From positions 141,510-205,509 of the forward strand of contig RQSC01000014.1 of the NCBI GenBank assembly GCA_013416795.1: DNA of 64,000 nucleotides, given 5' to 3'. Below are positions 1 through 10,190 of this stretch, in pieces (positions within the stretch are counted from its first letter, which is position 1; every line of letters begins with the position of its first letter). The notes under the pieces are model-generated. The model had not been told where the DNA came from. It saw only the letters and a list, made by a program, of their open reading frames with translations, and did no database searches. The DNA comes from Prasinococcaceae sp. CCMP 1430. Taxonomy: Eukaryota > Plantae > Prasinodermophyta. The position numbers were made by a program, and so were the translations under genes.

Positions 1-307
1 GTCCGCAAGTTCCTGGCGCAGGCGTGCGTTTCGATGGCGGGTGTTGTGCCTCCCGGCACTTTCAAATGCGTTTTTGTTTTTGGCAGCGTCCATGTTTGGT
101 CGCTGGGTGGCACAGCGCCCGGTGGGCGGGAGCCCCCGCGGCCCACACCGCGCGGCGCAAGGTCGAGAAGTCCGACAAGAGCCGGGAGCTCGGCGGCCGG
201 GTGAGCGCGTGGGATCGAGGGCCTGGGTGGACGCGGCGGGCGCGAGAGAGGCGGCGGGCCGGCGGGCGGGCGGGCTTGGGAGCGCCAGCGGGCCGCGGCG
301 CGGCGCG

Positions 308-2908
308 ATGTCGTTCTTCGATCAGCTCTCGTCGCAGTTCAGCGAGACCGTCTCGCAGCTCTCCGACCAGGTGAAGGAGTTCGAGAAGTCCGTCGACCAG
401 ACGCTTGGGCTCGAAATCGCCGGGACCGCCGGCAATGCTGGGGCATCCGCAGCTCCGCCCGCACTCGCGGCTGTGCCGGAGGCGCCCCAGCCAGTGCGCG
501 CAGCGGAAGATGGCGTGGCGGATGGCGGGTGGAGCTTCGATGCCAAGGGAACGGGCGGAGCCACGCAGGGCGCAGCAGAGAGCGGGTCGCGCGCAGAGTC
601 GGAGACTACACCAGTCAAGGTGGTCGCCGTGGGGCCGAAGGTCCCGGAGATGGCCACGCCGTCCCCGTCGTCGCGCAAGCCGGGGCGCAAGATCCTCAAG
701 AAGAAGCTGAGGAAGCCGGTCACCTCGGCCTCCCCCGCCGCAGAGAAGCAACCGGCGCAGCAGGAGGCCCCGGGCGAGCGAGCGCAGCAGGAGGCTGACA
801 GGCGGGCTCACCGCGGCGATGATGATCAGCAGCGGGGGCAGCAGCGGCAAGCGGTGCAAGGGGCGAGTGCAAGTGGGCCCGCTTCCTCAGAGCCTGAGGC
901 GTCTGCCGGTGGTGGCGATCAGGTCGGCGTGCGCCCGAGCGTTGGCAAGGCAGTGGAGCCGCAGGAGCCGGCTGAGATCACCAGTGGCGACGACCTCGCA
1001 GAGGTGCGCGGCAAGGCGGCAGTGGCGCGCGCGCGCGTAGCCGAGCTCGAGGACGAGGTTGGCGAGCTGCGAGCGGCGCTCGCCGCTGCCGAGGGCGGCG
1101 CCGCTGGGGGGGGGGCTGTTGAGGGCGCACTGCGCGCCGAGGTGGAGCGCCTGAAGAAAGCCGTCGCCGAGAGCATCGGCCCCGCTGAGGTGGAGGCACT
1201 ACGCGAAGAGTTCGGCGAGAGGTTGAGCGCCTCCGAGCGCAAGGTGTACGCGCTGTCGAAGGAGCGCGACATGCTGAAGCGCGAGGTCGCGCAGCTCGCG
1301 GACGCCGCCAAGCTCGTCAGGGAGCGCGACCAGACGATCGCTGCCGTGATGGAGGAGGGCGAGGCGCTGAGTAAGAAGCAGGCGAGCCAGGAGGCTAGCA
1401 TGCGGAAGCTGCGTGGGTTGCTCAAGGAGGCCGAGGGCGCGCGCGATACTGCCAACAAGCAGCTGGAGACGGAGCGTGCCGCAGCCATCAGCTCCAGGGC
1501 GCACGCCGACAAGATGGAGCAGAAACTCGCGCAGGCCGTCGAGCATGCCGCCCGAGAAGTGACGGAGCTGAAGGAGGCACACAGTGCGGAACTCGCCAGC
1601 GCGAAGGCAGAGACCGCAAAGTCCAAAGCGGCCGAGAGTGCAGAGGCGCAGGCCGACCTCAATCGCCGTGTCGAGCAGGCCAGCGAGATCGAGCGCGACC
1701 TGAACTCCCAGATCGCGGCGCTGCAGGACGCCGCGGCTCGACGCGAGGCTGCCATGGAGAGGCGCGAGAAGGATTTCGCCCAGGAGCGCGAGGAGATGGA
1801 GGAGAGGTGCCGTGCGGCTGAGGCGCGGCACGAGGAGCTCGCCGCGCGCGTGCCTGAGGCCACCCGCCCGTTGCTGCGCCAAATAGAGGCTATGCAGTCG
1901 CAGGCCACCAGCCGCGCCGAGGCGTGGGAAGCGGTGGAACGTTCGCTCACGCGGCGATGCGAGGACGCCGAAGCTGCCTCGGACGAGGCCGAGATCAAGT
2001 GCTCTGCCGCTTGCGAGCTTGCTGACAAGCTTAAGGAGGCTCTCGCGGAGGCGGAGGCGACCGCCGCTGCGGCCGCCGAGCGCGAGGCTGGCGCCGTCGC
2101 CGAGGCGGAGTTGATGCGCGCGCAGACGGACGCGCTGAAGACCGAGGCCGCCGAGGCCGCCGAAGCACAGGCGTATGCTGAGCGAAGCGCTGAGCGCGCG
2201 CGCAGCGAGGCGGGGCGCGCAGCGGAGGCTGCCAAGGGCGCGATTAGCTCGGAGAGGGACCGCGCCGAGGCCGCGGAGCACGCGCTTAAGAGGGCCAAGG
2301 CAGAGGGGGCCGAAACGGAGCGCGCCCTGAAGAGGCAGATCGAGTCGTTGGAGGAGGTTGTCGAGGAAGGAAGAAACAGGGCCGTGGCCGACGCGATGAG
2401 CGCTCGGACCGGCATGGGTGGAGGTGGAAGCGCAGCCGCGGCGGCCGCGGCCGTGGCCACGGGAGCGCAAGCTACACGGACGCGATCGCGCGACTCCGCG
2501 CCGACGAAGGGGCCGTTGACGATTGAGCTGCTACAGGAGCAGGTGCGCAGGCGAGACGCAGAGCTTGACTCCCTTGAGGCGACTGTGCGTGAGCTCGAGG
2601 CGATGCGCACCTCGTTGGCGGACGAGTTGGTGTTGTCGGCGCAGCGCGACGCCAGCGCCAATGTGAGCGCCGCTGCCGCCGTTGAGACCGAAAGGGAGCT
2701 CAAAGAGTTGCAGGCGAGGCACGCGGCGGCGCTGGAGCTGATGGGCGAGCGCGACGAGGAGGTGGAGGAGCTACGCAATGACCTCGCAGACGTGAAGACG
2801 CTGTACCGAGAACAGGTGGATGAGCTCGCGGGACTGCTTGAGCGGGAGAGGGAGATCAGGCTCGAGCTCGAAGTATCAAAGGGTGGCGGTGCAGGCGGCG
2901 GGGAGTAA
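308..2908 (+). CDS. Golgin candidate 5 / TATA element modulatory factor (TMF1-like) coiled-coil golgin
   Basis: Long coiled-coil ORF. It has a TMF-like segment (ERKVYALSKERD..VMEEGEALSKKQ), 'VPEATRPLLRQIEAMQ' and a C-terminal 'LELMGERDEEVEELRNDLADVKTLYREQV'. ATG at 308 (MSFFDQLS) is the likely start. Confidence 0.85.
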   Translation: MSFFDQLSSQFSETVSQLSDQVKEFEKSVDQTLGLEIAGTAGNAGASAAPPALAAVPEAPQPVRAAEDGVADGGWSFDAKGTGGATQGAAESGSRAESETTPVKVVAVGPKVPEMATPSPSSRKPGRKILKKKLRKPVTSASPAAEKQPAQQEAPGERAQQEADRRAHRGDDDQQRGQQRQAVQGASASGPASSEPEASAGGGDQVGVRPSVGKAVEPQEPAEITSGDDLAEVRGKAAVARARVAELEDEVGELRAALAAAEGGAAGGGAVEGALRAEVERLKKAVAESIGPAEVEALREEFGERLSASERKVYALSKERDMLKREVAQLADAAKLVRERDQTIAAVMEEGEALSKKQASQEASMRKLRGLLKEAEGARDTANKQLETERAAAISSRAHADKMEQKLAQAVEHAAREVTELKEAHSAELASAKAETAKSKAAESAEAQADLNRRVEQASEIERDLNSQIAALQDAAARREAAMERREKDFAQEREEMEERCRAAEARHEELAARVPEATRPLLRQIEAMQSQATSRAEAWEAVERSLTRRCEDAEAASDEAEIKCSAACELADKLKEALAEAEATAAAAAEREAGAVAEAELMRAQTDALKTEAAEAAEAQAYAERSAERARSEAGRAAEAAKGAISSERDRAEAAEHALKRAKAEGAETERALKRQIESLEEVVEEGRNRAVADAMSARTGMGGGGSAAAAAAAVATGAQATRTRSRDSAPTKGPLTIELLQEQVRRRDAELDSLEATVRELEAMRTSLADELVLSAQRDASANVSAAAAVETERELKELQARHAAALELMGERDEEVEELRNDLADVKTLYREQVDELAGLLEREREIRLELEVSKGGGAGGGE

Positions 2909-3024
2909 ACGCGGTCGCCGCTGTCCCAAACGGCGCCTGATTTGTGGGCAAGTGCTGCTTGCAATAATGCATCAGGGCACGGGGCCCGTATTATTCGTCC
3001 TGAAGCCTCGCAGTGGCCAGCAAG

Positions 3025-4825
3025 CTACCGCACGCTTCGTTGCGCCTCGTAGACCTCAGCGAAGACCTCTCCGCGGTGCACAAAGTTGCGAAACTGGTCG
3101 AAGCTCGCGCATGCCGGGCTGAGAATCAGTGCGCCGCCGTCGCGCGCCTCGGCGGCACCAGCGGCTGCGGCGGCCTCGAGTGCGGCACCCGCGCCTAGCT
3201 CGACGAGGCGACAGCGCGCTGCGCCCGCAAGGCCGGCCGCGCCGTCACCCGTCCCGAGGCCGGCCGCACGCAACTCCGCGGCGATTTTCGGCCCACTGGC
3301 CCCGAACGTGACCACACAGTCGTGTGGCTCGAGCGCCGGCACGAGGCGCGCCATGCCCAGCGCGCCAGCCGCGTCCTCCTTGGCCTCGCCTCCGAGCAGC
3401 ACCACCGCGCGGCGACCGTCGAGACCCCCCACGCCAGCGATGGTCGACTCCACGTTGGTGGCCTTCGAGTCATTGATCCAAAGGACGCCGCGCGCATCCT
3501 CACCTAGCGCCTCCATGCGGTGTGGCGGTGGCAGTAGAGAGGCCATCGCGTCGGAGAGCGCGCCTGCGTCGCGCGCGACCTCGCTCGTGGCTGCCGCGAG
3601 CAGGCACGCTGCGGCGGCATTCGCGCGGTTGTGGCGCCCGACGGCACGCAATTTCGTGAGGTCGACCTCCAGGGACAGGTCGCTTTCACCGACTGGCGGG
3701 CGACCTGCATGCGCGGGTAGTCGCACAAGCGCTCTCTCACCGGAGCGCGTCAGCCAGGCGCCAGCGGCGGTCACGAGCTCGCTGTCTTCGCACACGCCCA
3801 GGAGGCAGGGCGACGCGCGCGGGGCTGCCTCGGCGGCCTTCTTGACGAGGGCCGGATCGTCCGCGGGAACGACAGCGACAGTACTGGCGTCACGCATGTT
3901 GGCGAACACGGCCAATTTCGCCTCCGCGTACGCCTCCATCGTCCCATGTCGCGCGAGGTGATCGGGCGTCACGTTGAGGATGGCGGCAGCATCCGGCGCA
4001 AACGCGCCGGCGAGCTGCAGCTGATAGCTGGACACCTCGACCACAGCCGCGGCGTAGAAGTCGCGGGCGATCTCTCCAGTGACGAACTGTGTTGCGAGGC
4101 ACGACAAGGGCACGCCCAGGTTCCCGCCCACCCATGCGTTGGCGCCACATGCGTTGAGGAGCTGCCCCACAAATGTTGTCACAGTGGACTTGCCATTGGT
4201 TCCGGTGACGGCGACGAGAGACAGCTTCGGGGGGGGTGACAGGGCTTGGAGGCATTCCGAGGCGAAGGAGAGCTCGGAAGTTATCTTTGCATGTGTGTCG
4301 ATGTTGGCGTTGTGCGATGCGCGCGTGTGAGTTCGGCGCGCTTGCACTTGTCAGCGCGCTGCACGTGAGGCGGCAGCCTGGTTGGAGCGCTGGGTGCAAA
4401 CGCGTTCAGCGCACCTCCACTCCTGCCGCATGCGCAGCGACTACCGCAGGGTGATCGGGGGGCACGCCGGGGCTGAGCACGGCAACGTCTGCCCCCAGGA
4501 GCGCATCGGCGAAGACGTCGGCGCCCACCGCGCTGCGGACGGCGGTGTTTTGCGTCAGCCTCCCAGGGAGCTCGAGCGGCGAGGATGTCGCGTTCTCGTC
4601 GACGCCGATGACTTCAATGGCGCCGCGAGCAGCAGCGAGCTCAGCGGCGGCGCGACCAGATGCGCCGAGGCCGACAACAGCGATGGTCTTGTCAGCAAGA
4701 TCTGCCCGCTGTGTTGCGTGCGGGGTGTCCGCACAGGCTCGCGCCCGTCGCGACGAGGCGCGGGCTCGGGCCGGCGAGGGCGGCGCGGGCGGAGCGCGGC
4801 GAGCAGCAAGCTTGCACGCGGCCAC
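3025..4825 (-). CDS. murD: UDP-N-acetylmuramoyl-L-alanine:D-glutamate ligase, plastid peptidoglycan pathway (2 exons, intron about 4285-4414; true start unclear)
   Basis: VVGLGASG, VLSPGVP, AVTGTNGKST, GGNLG, VEVSSYQL, LNVTPDHLARH, NDSKATN and LSPACASFDQFRNFVHRG are MurD motifs. A GT..AG intron joins GVE|ITSELSFA. Confidence 0.93.
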
Positions 4826-4856
4826 GCCGCGGCGTGGCCGCGTGCAAGCTTGCTGC
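4803..4856. repeat. 54-bp perfect palindrome (inverted repeat, no spacer)
   Basis: gcagcaagcttgcacgcggccacgccgcggcgtggccgcgtgcaagcttgctgc is its own reverse complement. Confidence 0.95.
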
Positions 4857-5286
4857 GCTCGTGGGCGTGTTGCTTGCGGGGCTTGTGATGCTCTTCGCCG
4901 CCGCGGGCGAGATCGATGGCCACCACCTCAATCTGCCAACCACCCAGCAACTCATCGAGGACGCCAAGATCGCCATGGTCGAGATTGACAACCTGGTGCA
5001 CGCCGACCCCGCGGTGAAGGACACAGACTCGGACGGCCTCAACGACGCCGAGGAGGTAGCGCTGGGCACCTCGATTGTGCATGCCGACACAGACTCCGAT
5101 GGCCTCACCGACTTTGAGGAGGTCACGATCACGCAGACCGATCCGCTCAACCCGGACTCCGACGGAAACGGCACCCTCGATGGCGACCACCCGCAGGAGC
5201 GGGAGAAGGTCGCCAAGTACCGCTTGGAACAGATGACAATTGAGGCCGCCAAGCCCGGCGCGCGGCGACTGCACGCGCTGCAGTAA
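4834..5286 (+). CDS. Small secreted/membrane protein with bacterial-type thrombospondin type-3 (DxDxDG) Ca-binding repeats
   Basis: Hydrophobic N-terminal stretch LAALVGVLLAGLVMLFAAAG, then DTDSDGLNDAEE / DTDSDGLTDFEE / DSDGNGTLDGD. Start is uncertain. Confidence 0.65.
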   Translation: MAACKLAALVGVLLAGLVMLFAAAGEIDGHHLNLPTTQQLIEDAKIAMVEIDNLVHADPAVKDTDSDGLNDAEEVALGTSIVHADTDSDGLTDFEEVTITQTDPLNPDSDGNGTLDGDHPQEREKVAKYRLEQMTIEAAKPGARRLHALQ

Positions 5287-5654
5287 GGGCGCGAGCGGGT
5301 GCGCAGGCGCGACTCCCAGCGGTAGATTCGCAGACACACACACGACGCACGCGCATTCGCGCAAGCGCGCGACCGAGCCAGCGCGTGAGAGAGGGGGGGG
5401 TGGCGGGGGGAGCGGGGCGGCATGCCCTCGCCCGGGGGTGGGGTCGGCTCGCCTCGCCCTGGCGCAGCCGGCCGCTCCCCGCAAAGCAACGGGCGCCAGC
5501 CCTCCGCGGCCAGCGCCCTGCGCGCACACACCGAGTGCCCGCATGCCTGAACGGGTTCCTGGCGAAGGCACAGCCACAACACACATCCGGTGGCGCTGCC
5601 GACTGGCGAAAGAATAATTGATGGTGTACAGACACTGTGCGCACCTCTCTCACA

Positions 5655-6668
5655 CTAACCGCCTTGCGACGCCCAGCTGAGGAAGGGATGCCTCGCGCCC
5701 TCGACCTTGGAGAGCCTGAGCTGGCAGCTTTCCGCACCCTGTGCGAGCGTGCGAGGTGCCGCGAACGCCACGCGGCCGTCGCGCGCGAAGGCCTCGAACG
5801 GCGCGGCCTCGAGCGCACAGAATATGCTTGTGAGAGCTGGTTCGCCCTCAGTCTGCACTGGCACGCAGGCGCCGCGCATCGGCATCGTCAATGGGTTTGG
5901 CTCGGTGCGCAGGCACGATCGCATGGGCACGCGGGCGGAGGGATCGTGCGGCTATTCGCAGCATTGCGCACGCACCTCGAAGAAGTCTTTGTAGAAGCAC
6001 CGCCGCACCGTGAGCACTGCATCGCCGTCTTTCCCCTCGTCGTAGTCCTCGAATTCGCCCTCAAAAGTCTCGCCCTGGTCGCTGACCAGATTGCGCAGCG
6101 AGTCGCGCGAGAGCTGTGATCACGCCCCACGCGCCAGGCCACGTGCGCGTCGTCAGTGTGCATCGCAAGCGCGCCAGTGGCGCAGCCAGAAGCGCGCGCG
6201 ATGCGACTTGCGAGGGTCATTTCGTTTCAGGCCGGAGGACGCGGCCGCCCGCGCGCGCACCTCGACGGGGTCCATCGCTAGTGACAGCCCTCTGATGAGC
6301 GTGCTGTTGATACCCTCGTGCGCGTTGAGCATCGAGAGGACCATGGCTCGCGATTCCGCTGGGTTGCGCACGTGCGCCTGCACTGCGCGGTAGGCAGCAA
6401 GCACAAACGCGGCCTGATTGAGGTGCGCCGCCGCGCGCGCATCCACGGCGCGGCCGGCGTGACGCGCCTGCAGCTCGGCCGCGTTCGCGTCGACCAGCGC
6501 GCGTATCCCCTGTGCAGCCTGTGCCGTGCGTTCGTCGCGCGCGGCGACAGCGCGCGCGTTGTCGAGCATGGCGTTGCGCGCGGCCGCGTCCAGCGTGCGC
6601 TGAGCGAGTGCCGCGAGCGCGCGCAGCGACGCCCGGCCCGTCGCCGCGGCTGTCGTCGCCGCCCCCAT
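5655..6668 (-). CDS. L-2-amino-thiazoline-4-carboxylic acid hydrolase (ATC_hydrolase)-like protein, 3 exons (6261-6668, 5976-6113, 5655-5852)
   Basis: Spliced product contains VLTVRRCFYKDFFE|TEGEPALTSIFC...RTLAQGAESC, the three-Cys pattern of this family. Introns are canonical and in phase. Confidence 0.7.
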
Positions 6669-6988
6669 CGCTGCCGCCGCGCTCTCCCCTGCGGCGCGGC
6701 GGCAGCGCTGTGTGGCACCGCCGGTATTGGCAGAGGGCAGCAGCTCGTGGTACGAAACTTCATTGTTTCGTTGATGCAGTGTGCAAAGAAACGTGATCTG
6801 AAACTCCACAACTGGGACCGAGCAGGCAGCGCGGCCAGTGTGCCGACTGGGGATAGTGCACAAGAGAGTATACTGTATGACGGTGCTACATACAACCGTT
6901 GGTAGTAACAGTTACGCCTGCGCATAGTGGCGGCGGTGCGGTGTGGACGGGTCGATCCCCAGATCACGCGCCCATACGCGCGCGACAT

Positions 6989-8803
6989 TCAATACTCGAT
7001 GTGCAGCACCTCTATGGCGAGCACTTCGAACTCATTGGTGCTGGCCAAGCACGGCGACCCGAACGTCCCGCACGGGTGCGAGGTACCCTTCTGGAGGTCA
7101 TCGCTTAGCCATATGGCGAAGCCGTCGCCGCCGCCCACGCACATGCTGTGAGCAGCACCGGTCTGGAAGATCGCACGGGCTCCGGGCTGATAGTGGAACG
7201 CCTCGCGCCTGAGGCGACCGGGGGTCCTTCCCCGGTGATAGGATGCCGTAGACTTGTCCTTCAGGCGGAAGACGAAGCACTCACCCGACCCGACGCTGTG
7301 CGGATACGTGACTCGCCAGGGCGCAGTTGCATAGCACCCGAAAACGCCCCCTCCTGAGTCGTGCACCAGCAGCAACGTGGGCGCCCGCCCCGAGCAGCTG
7401 CGATACAACGTGCGCAACGACAAGCCGTCGCGCCGCGAAGAGTATGCGCACTGCATCGTGTGCATGCGCCAGAAGGGCGGCAAGAGGGCGCGCAAAAATG
7501 CCCAGTCTTTCTTGCTCACGATGGTCGACGGATTGATAGGGAGGATCGAAGCGTCCGTGTCGTCGAACGAGCAACTTGAGGAACCCGATGACAGCGATTC
7601 GAGGCTGCTGTCGAGGCTACCGACTGGGCTGCCCGTCGTGTACGAGTCCGTGCTGCCCGCTTCGTACGAAAGGACCCCGGTCGGGCTTAAGTTGCCATTC
7701 CCGGGAATGTCAATTGGCTGCTCGCATTGCCGCGTGTTGTAACGCGCGCCCGCGGCGCGTGTTAGCGTCGCGCTCGGGGCGCTGACGCCAAATGCGCCTA
7801 GCCCCCCCCCCCCCCCCCCCCCCCCCCCCCGCGGAGACACGGCATCGTTGAGCAGCAACGCGCTCACCTTGGTCGAAATTTCCAGTCGCCACGTCGCCGC
7901 GCTGGCTCTCCTGTCGGCATCCACCTTATCAGCTGCGGAGTGCCACGCGTCTTGCCCCAGCCCTGCTAGTGCGGCATCCGAGAAGATGGCGTTCGGCCGT
8001 CCATCGCGCGTCGATGTGTGCATGGACTTCAACATCGAGGCCACTGCAGCGTTCGCCGCCTGCTGTCGTTGCTTCTGCTCGAGCCAGAGGCGCGCAGCGC
8101 TGTGAATGCTCCGCCACGTCGAAAGTGCCCATCCCCACACCATGCCGCGCTCAGCTGCGGATGTCATCGACGCTGAGCACTGACTCCACAGCGGGCTCTC
8201 TTCGGCGACAGCTTCGACGTCGAATAGAGCAGGGCGAACATCAGAGGCTCCGCGACGCGCGGCACGCGCCCGACGCGAGAGCGCCACCCCAGCAACTGTC
8301 GCGACGAGTACACAGCCCCATAGGAGGTCTGTGCCTTGCACTACCTGCATCCCGCCGCCGTAAAGCAATCGGTCGCTGGCCACCAAGCTCGCGTTGTGAG
8401 TCTCTGCAGTGGAGTCGCGCCGGACTGTCTGCCCGAGGGGGCGACCGTCGAGGAGGCGGCTTGCGGCTCCTCCTCCGCTCGCCTCGACCTCTGAAGGCAA
8501 TGAAGGCACGCCTTTGGCTGCATCTTTGCTCGTGACTCCCGAGCGCGCCATATCAGTCTGCTCAAGCGTCACCGCCGCGCCCTCAGAGTCCACTTCCTCC
8601 CCCTCGTCAGGCCAGGCAGAGTCAACAACGAGGTCGTCTGTCACGCCCGCCTCAGTGGTTGCAACCTCGTCGCGAGCCAGCCGCGCGCCTTGCGCGTATG
8701 CATGCTGCACGTCGCTACGGCGATCGGCGGTGCGGTGGTAGCGACGCTCCGCCCTGACCGCGAGCTGTGTCAGGTTGACCTCCAGGTCTCCGAAGCCCGA
8801 CAT
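6989..8803 (-). CDS. TLDc-domain (OXR1-like) protein
   Basis: C-terminal YSSRRDGLSLRTLYR, LLVHDSGGGVFGCY, GSGECFVF, GGGDGFAIWLSDDLQKGTSHPCGTFGSPCL. Confidence 0.88.
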   Translation of the reverse strand: MSGFGDLEVNLTQLAVRAERRYHRTADRRSDVQHAYAQGARLARDEVATTEAGVTDDLVVDSAWPDEGEEVDSEGAAVTLEQTDMARSGVTSKDAAKGVPSLPSEVEASGGGAASRLLDGRPLGQTVRRDSTAETHNASLVASDRLLYGGGMQVVQGTDLLWGCVLVATVAGVALSRRARAARRGASDVRPALFDVEAVAEESPLWSQCSASMTSAAERGMVWGWALSTWRSIHSAARLWLEQKQRQQAANAAVASMLKSMHTSTRDGRPNAIFSDAALAGLGQDAWHSAADKVDADRRASAATWRLEISTKVSALLLNDAVSPRGGGGGGGGGLGAFGVSAPSATLTRAAGARYNTRQCEQPIDIPGNGNLSPTGVLSYEAGSTDSYTTGSPVGSLDSSLESLSSGSSSCSFDDTDASILPINPSTIVSKKDWAFLRALLPPFWRMHTMQCAYSSRRDGLSLRTLYRSCSGRAPTLLLVHDSGGGVFGCYATAPWRVTYPHSVGSGECFVFRLKDKSTASYHRGRTPGRLRREAFHYQPGARAIFQTGAAHSMCVGGGDGFAIWLSDDLQKGTSHPCGTFGSPCLASTNEFEVLAIEVLHIEY

Positions 8804-8914
8804 GACGGGGACCGTCTCGTCTCTCCTCAGCGCGCCGCACGGGCCGGCCGCCGCCGGCCGGCCGCCGCGCGCCCGCGCCTGACCCTGTGAACAAACACCT
8901 CCCGCGCTTCACTC

Positions 8915-10190
8915 TTACTTGGCCTCGGCGGTCGCGAAGGCCGCCTTGAAGCGCTTGACCGCCTCGAGCACGTTGTCCCTGCTGCCGAAGGCGCTCGCGC
9001 GCACGAAGCCCTCGCCGCTGGGGCCGAAGCCCGAGCCCGGCGTGGTGACGATGTCGCACTTGGCCAGGATGTCGGCGAACGACTCCCAGCTGGTGGCGCC
9101 CGGGAAGCGCACCCACACGTAGGGCGCGTTCTCGCCGCCGTGCGTCTCGAAGCCCAGCTCGGTGAAGCAGTCCTTGAGGATGGTGGCGTTCTCCGAGTAG
9201 AAGGCGACGGCCTCGTCCATCGCCTTGACGCCCGCCGGCGACAGCGCGGCCATGCCGCCCGCCTGCACCACGTTCGACGCGCCGTTGAAGCACGTGCCCA
9301 TCACGCGGTTGAAGTCGTTGATCACCGGGAAGCCGTCGGCGAACTTGAGCTCCTTGGGCACCACCGTCCAGCCGAGGCGCACGCCGGTGAAGCCCGCCGC
9401 CTTGGAGAACGAGTTGGTCTCCAGCGCGCACTCGCGCGCGCCGGGGATCTCGAAGATGCTCTTGGGGCAGTTCTCGTCCTTGATGTACAGCGCGTAGGCC
9501 GCGTCGTACACGATGATGGAGCCGTTCGCGCGCGCGAACTCCACCAGCTCGGTGAGCTGCTCGCGCGTGGCCGCCGCGCCCGTCGGGTTGTTGGGCGAGC
9601 AGAAGAAGATGACGTCCGTCTTCTTGGTGGCCGCCAGGTCGGGGAAGAAGCCCTTCTCGGGCACGCACGGCATGTACTCGATGCCCTTGAACTGGCCGAG
9701 CGCCTCGTCGTAGGTCTCGGTCATGCCCATCATGACCGAGGTGTCGACGTACGCCGGGTAGGAGGGGTCCTGCACGGCGACCGTCTGCTCGGGGCCGAAC
9801 ATCATCTGCAGGCGCGAGATGTCGCACTTGGAGCCGTCGCTGCAGAACACCTCGTCGGCGTCGACGATGCCGTTGTACCACACCTTGGCGATCTCCGCGC
9901 ACAGGTCGGCGCGGCCGCGCTCGGCGCCGTAGCCGCTGTAGCCCTCGCGCGTGGACAGGCCGTTGGCCGCGTCGGCCATCGCGCCGGTGATCGCCGTGTC
10001 GATGGGCTCGGTGGTGTCGCCGATGCCCAGCGAGATCACCTCGGCGTCGGGGTTGGCCTCCATGTGCTCGGTGCGGCGGCGCGCGATCTCCGGGAAGAGG
10101 TAGCCCGCCTGCAGCTTGCCGATGTTGGCGTTGCGCTTCACGCCGGTCTTGGCCTCGCAGCGCACCGCGCTGCGGCGAGTGGCCGACACC
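8915..10190 (-). CDS. dapL: LL-diaminopimelate aminotransferase, plastid (AGD2/DapL); first transit-peptide exon not resolved
   Basis: [69 protein letters not shown]. Third codon positions are strongly GC-biased. Confidence 0.95.

Noticed and set aside
919-2964. Long antisense ORFs (also 32701-34344, 9140-10291 and many others)
   Set aside because: These are shadows of GC-rich coding genes on the opposite strand, with low-complexity Ala/Ser/Arg translations.
3025-5286. Bacterial contamination (murD, TSP3 repeats)
   Set aside because: murD has a spliceosomal intron and a transit-like leader, and it is contiguous with eukaryotic genes of the same composition.
7801-7831. Poly-C run (also poly-G at about 43661-43700)
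   Set aside because: Homopolymers of uncertain length, probably sequencing artefact or simple repeat; no functional support.
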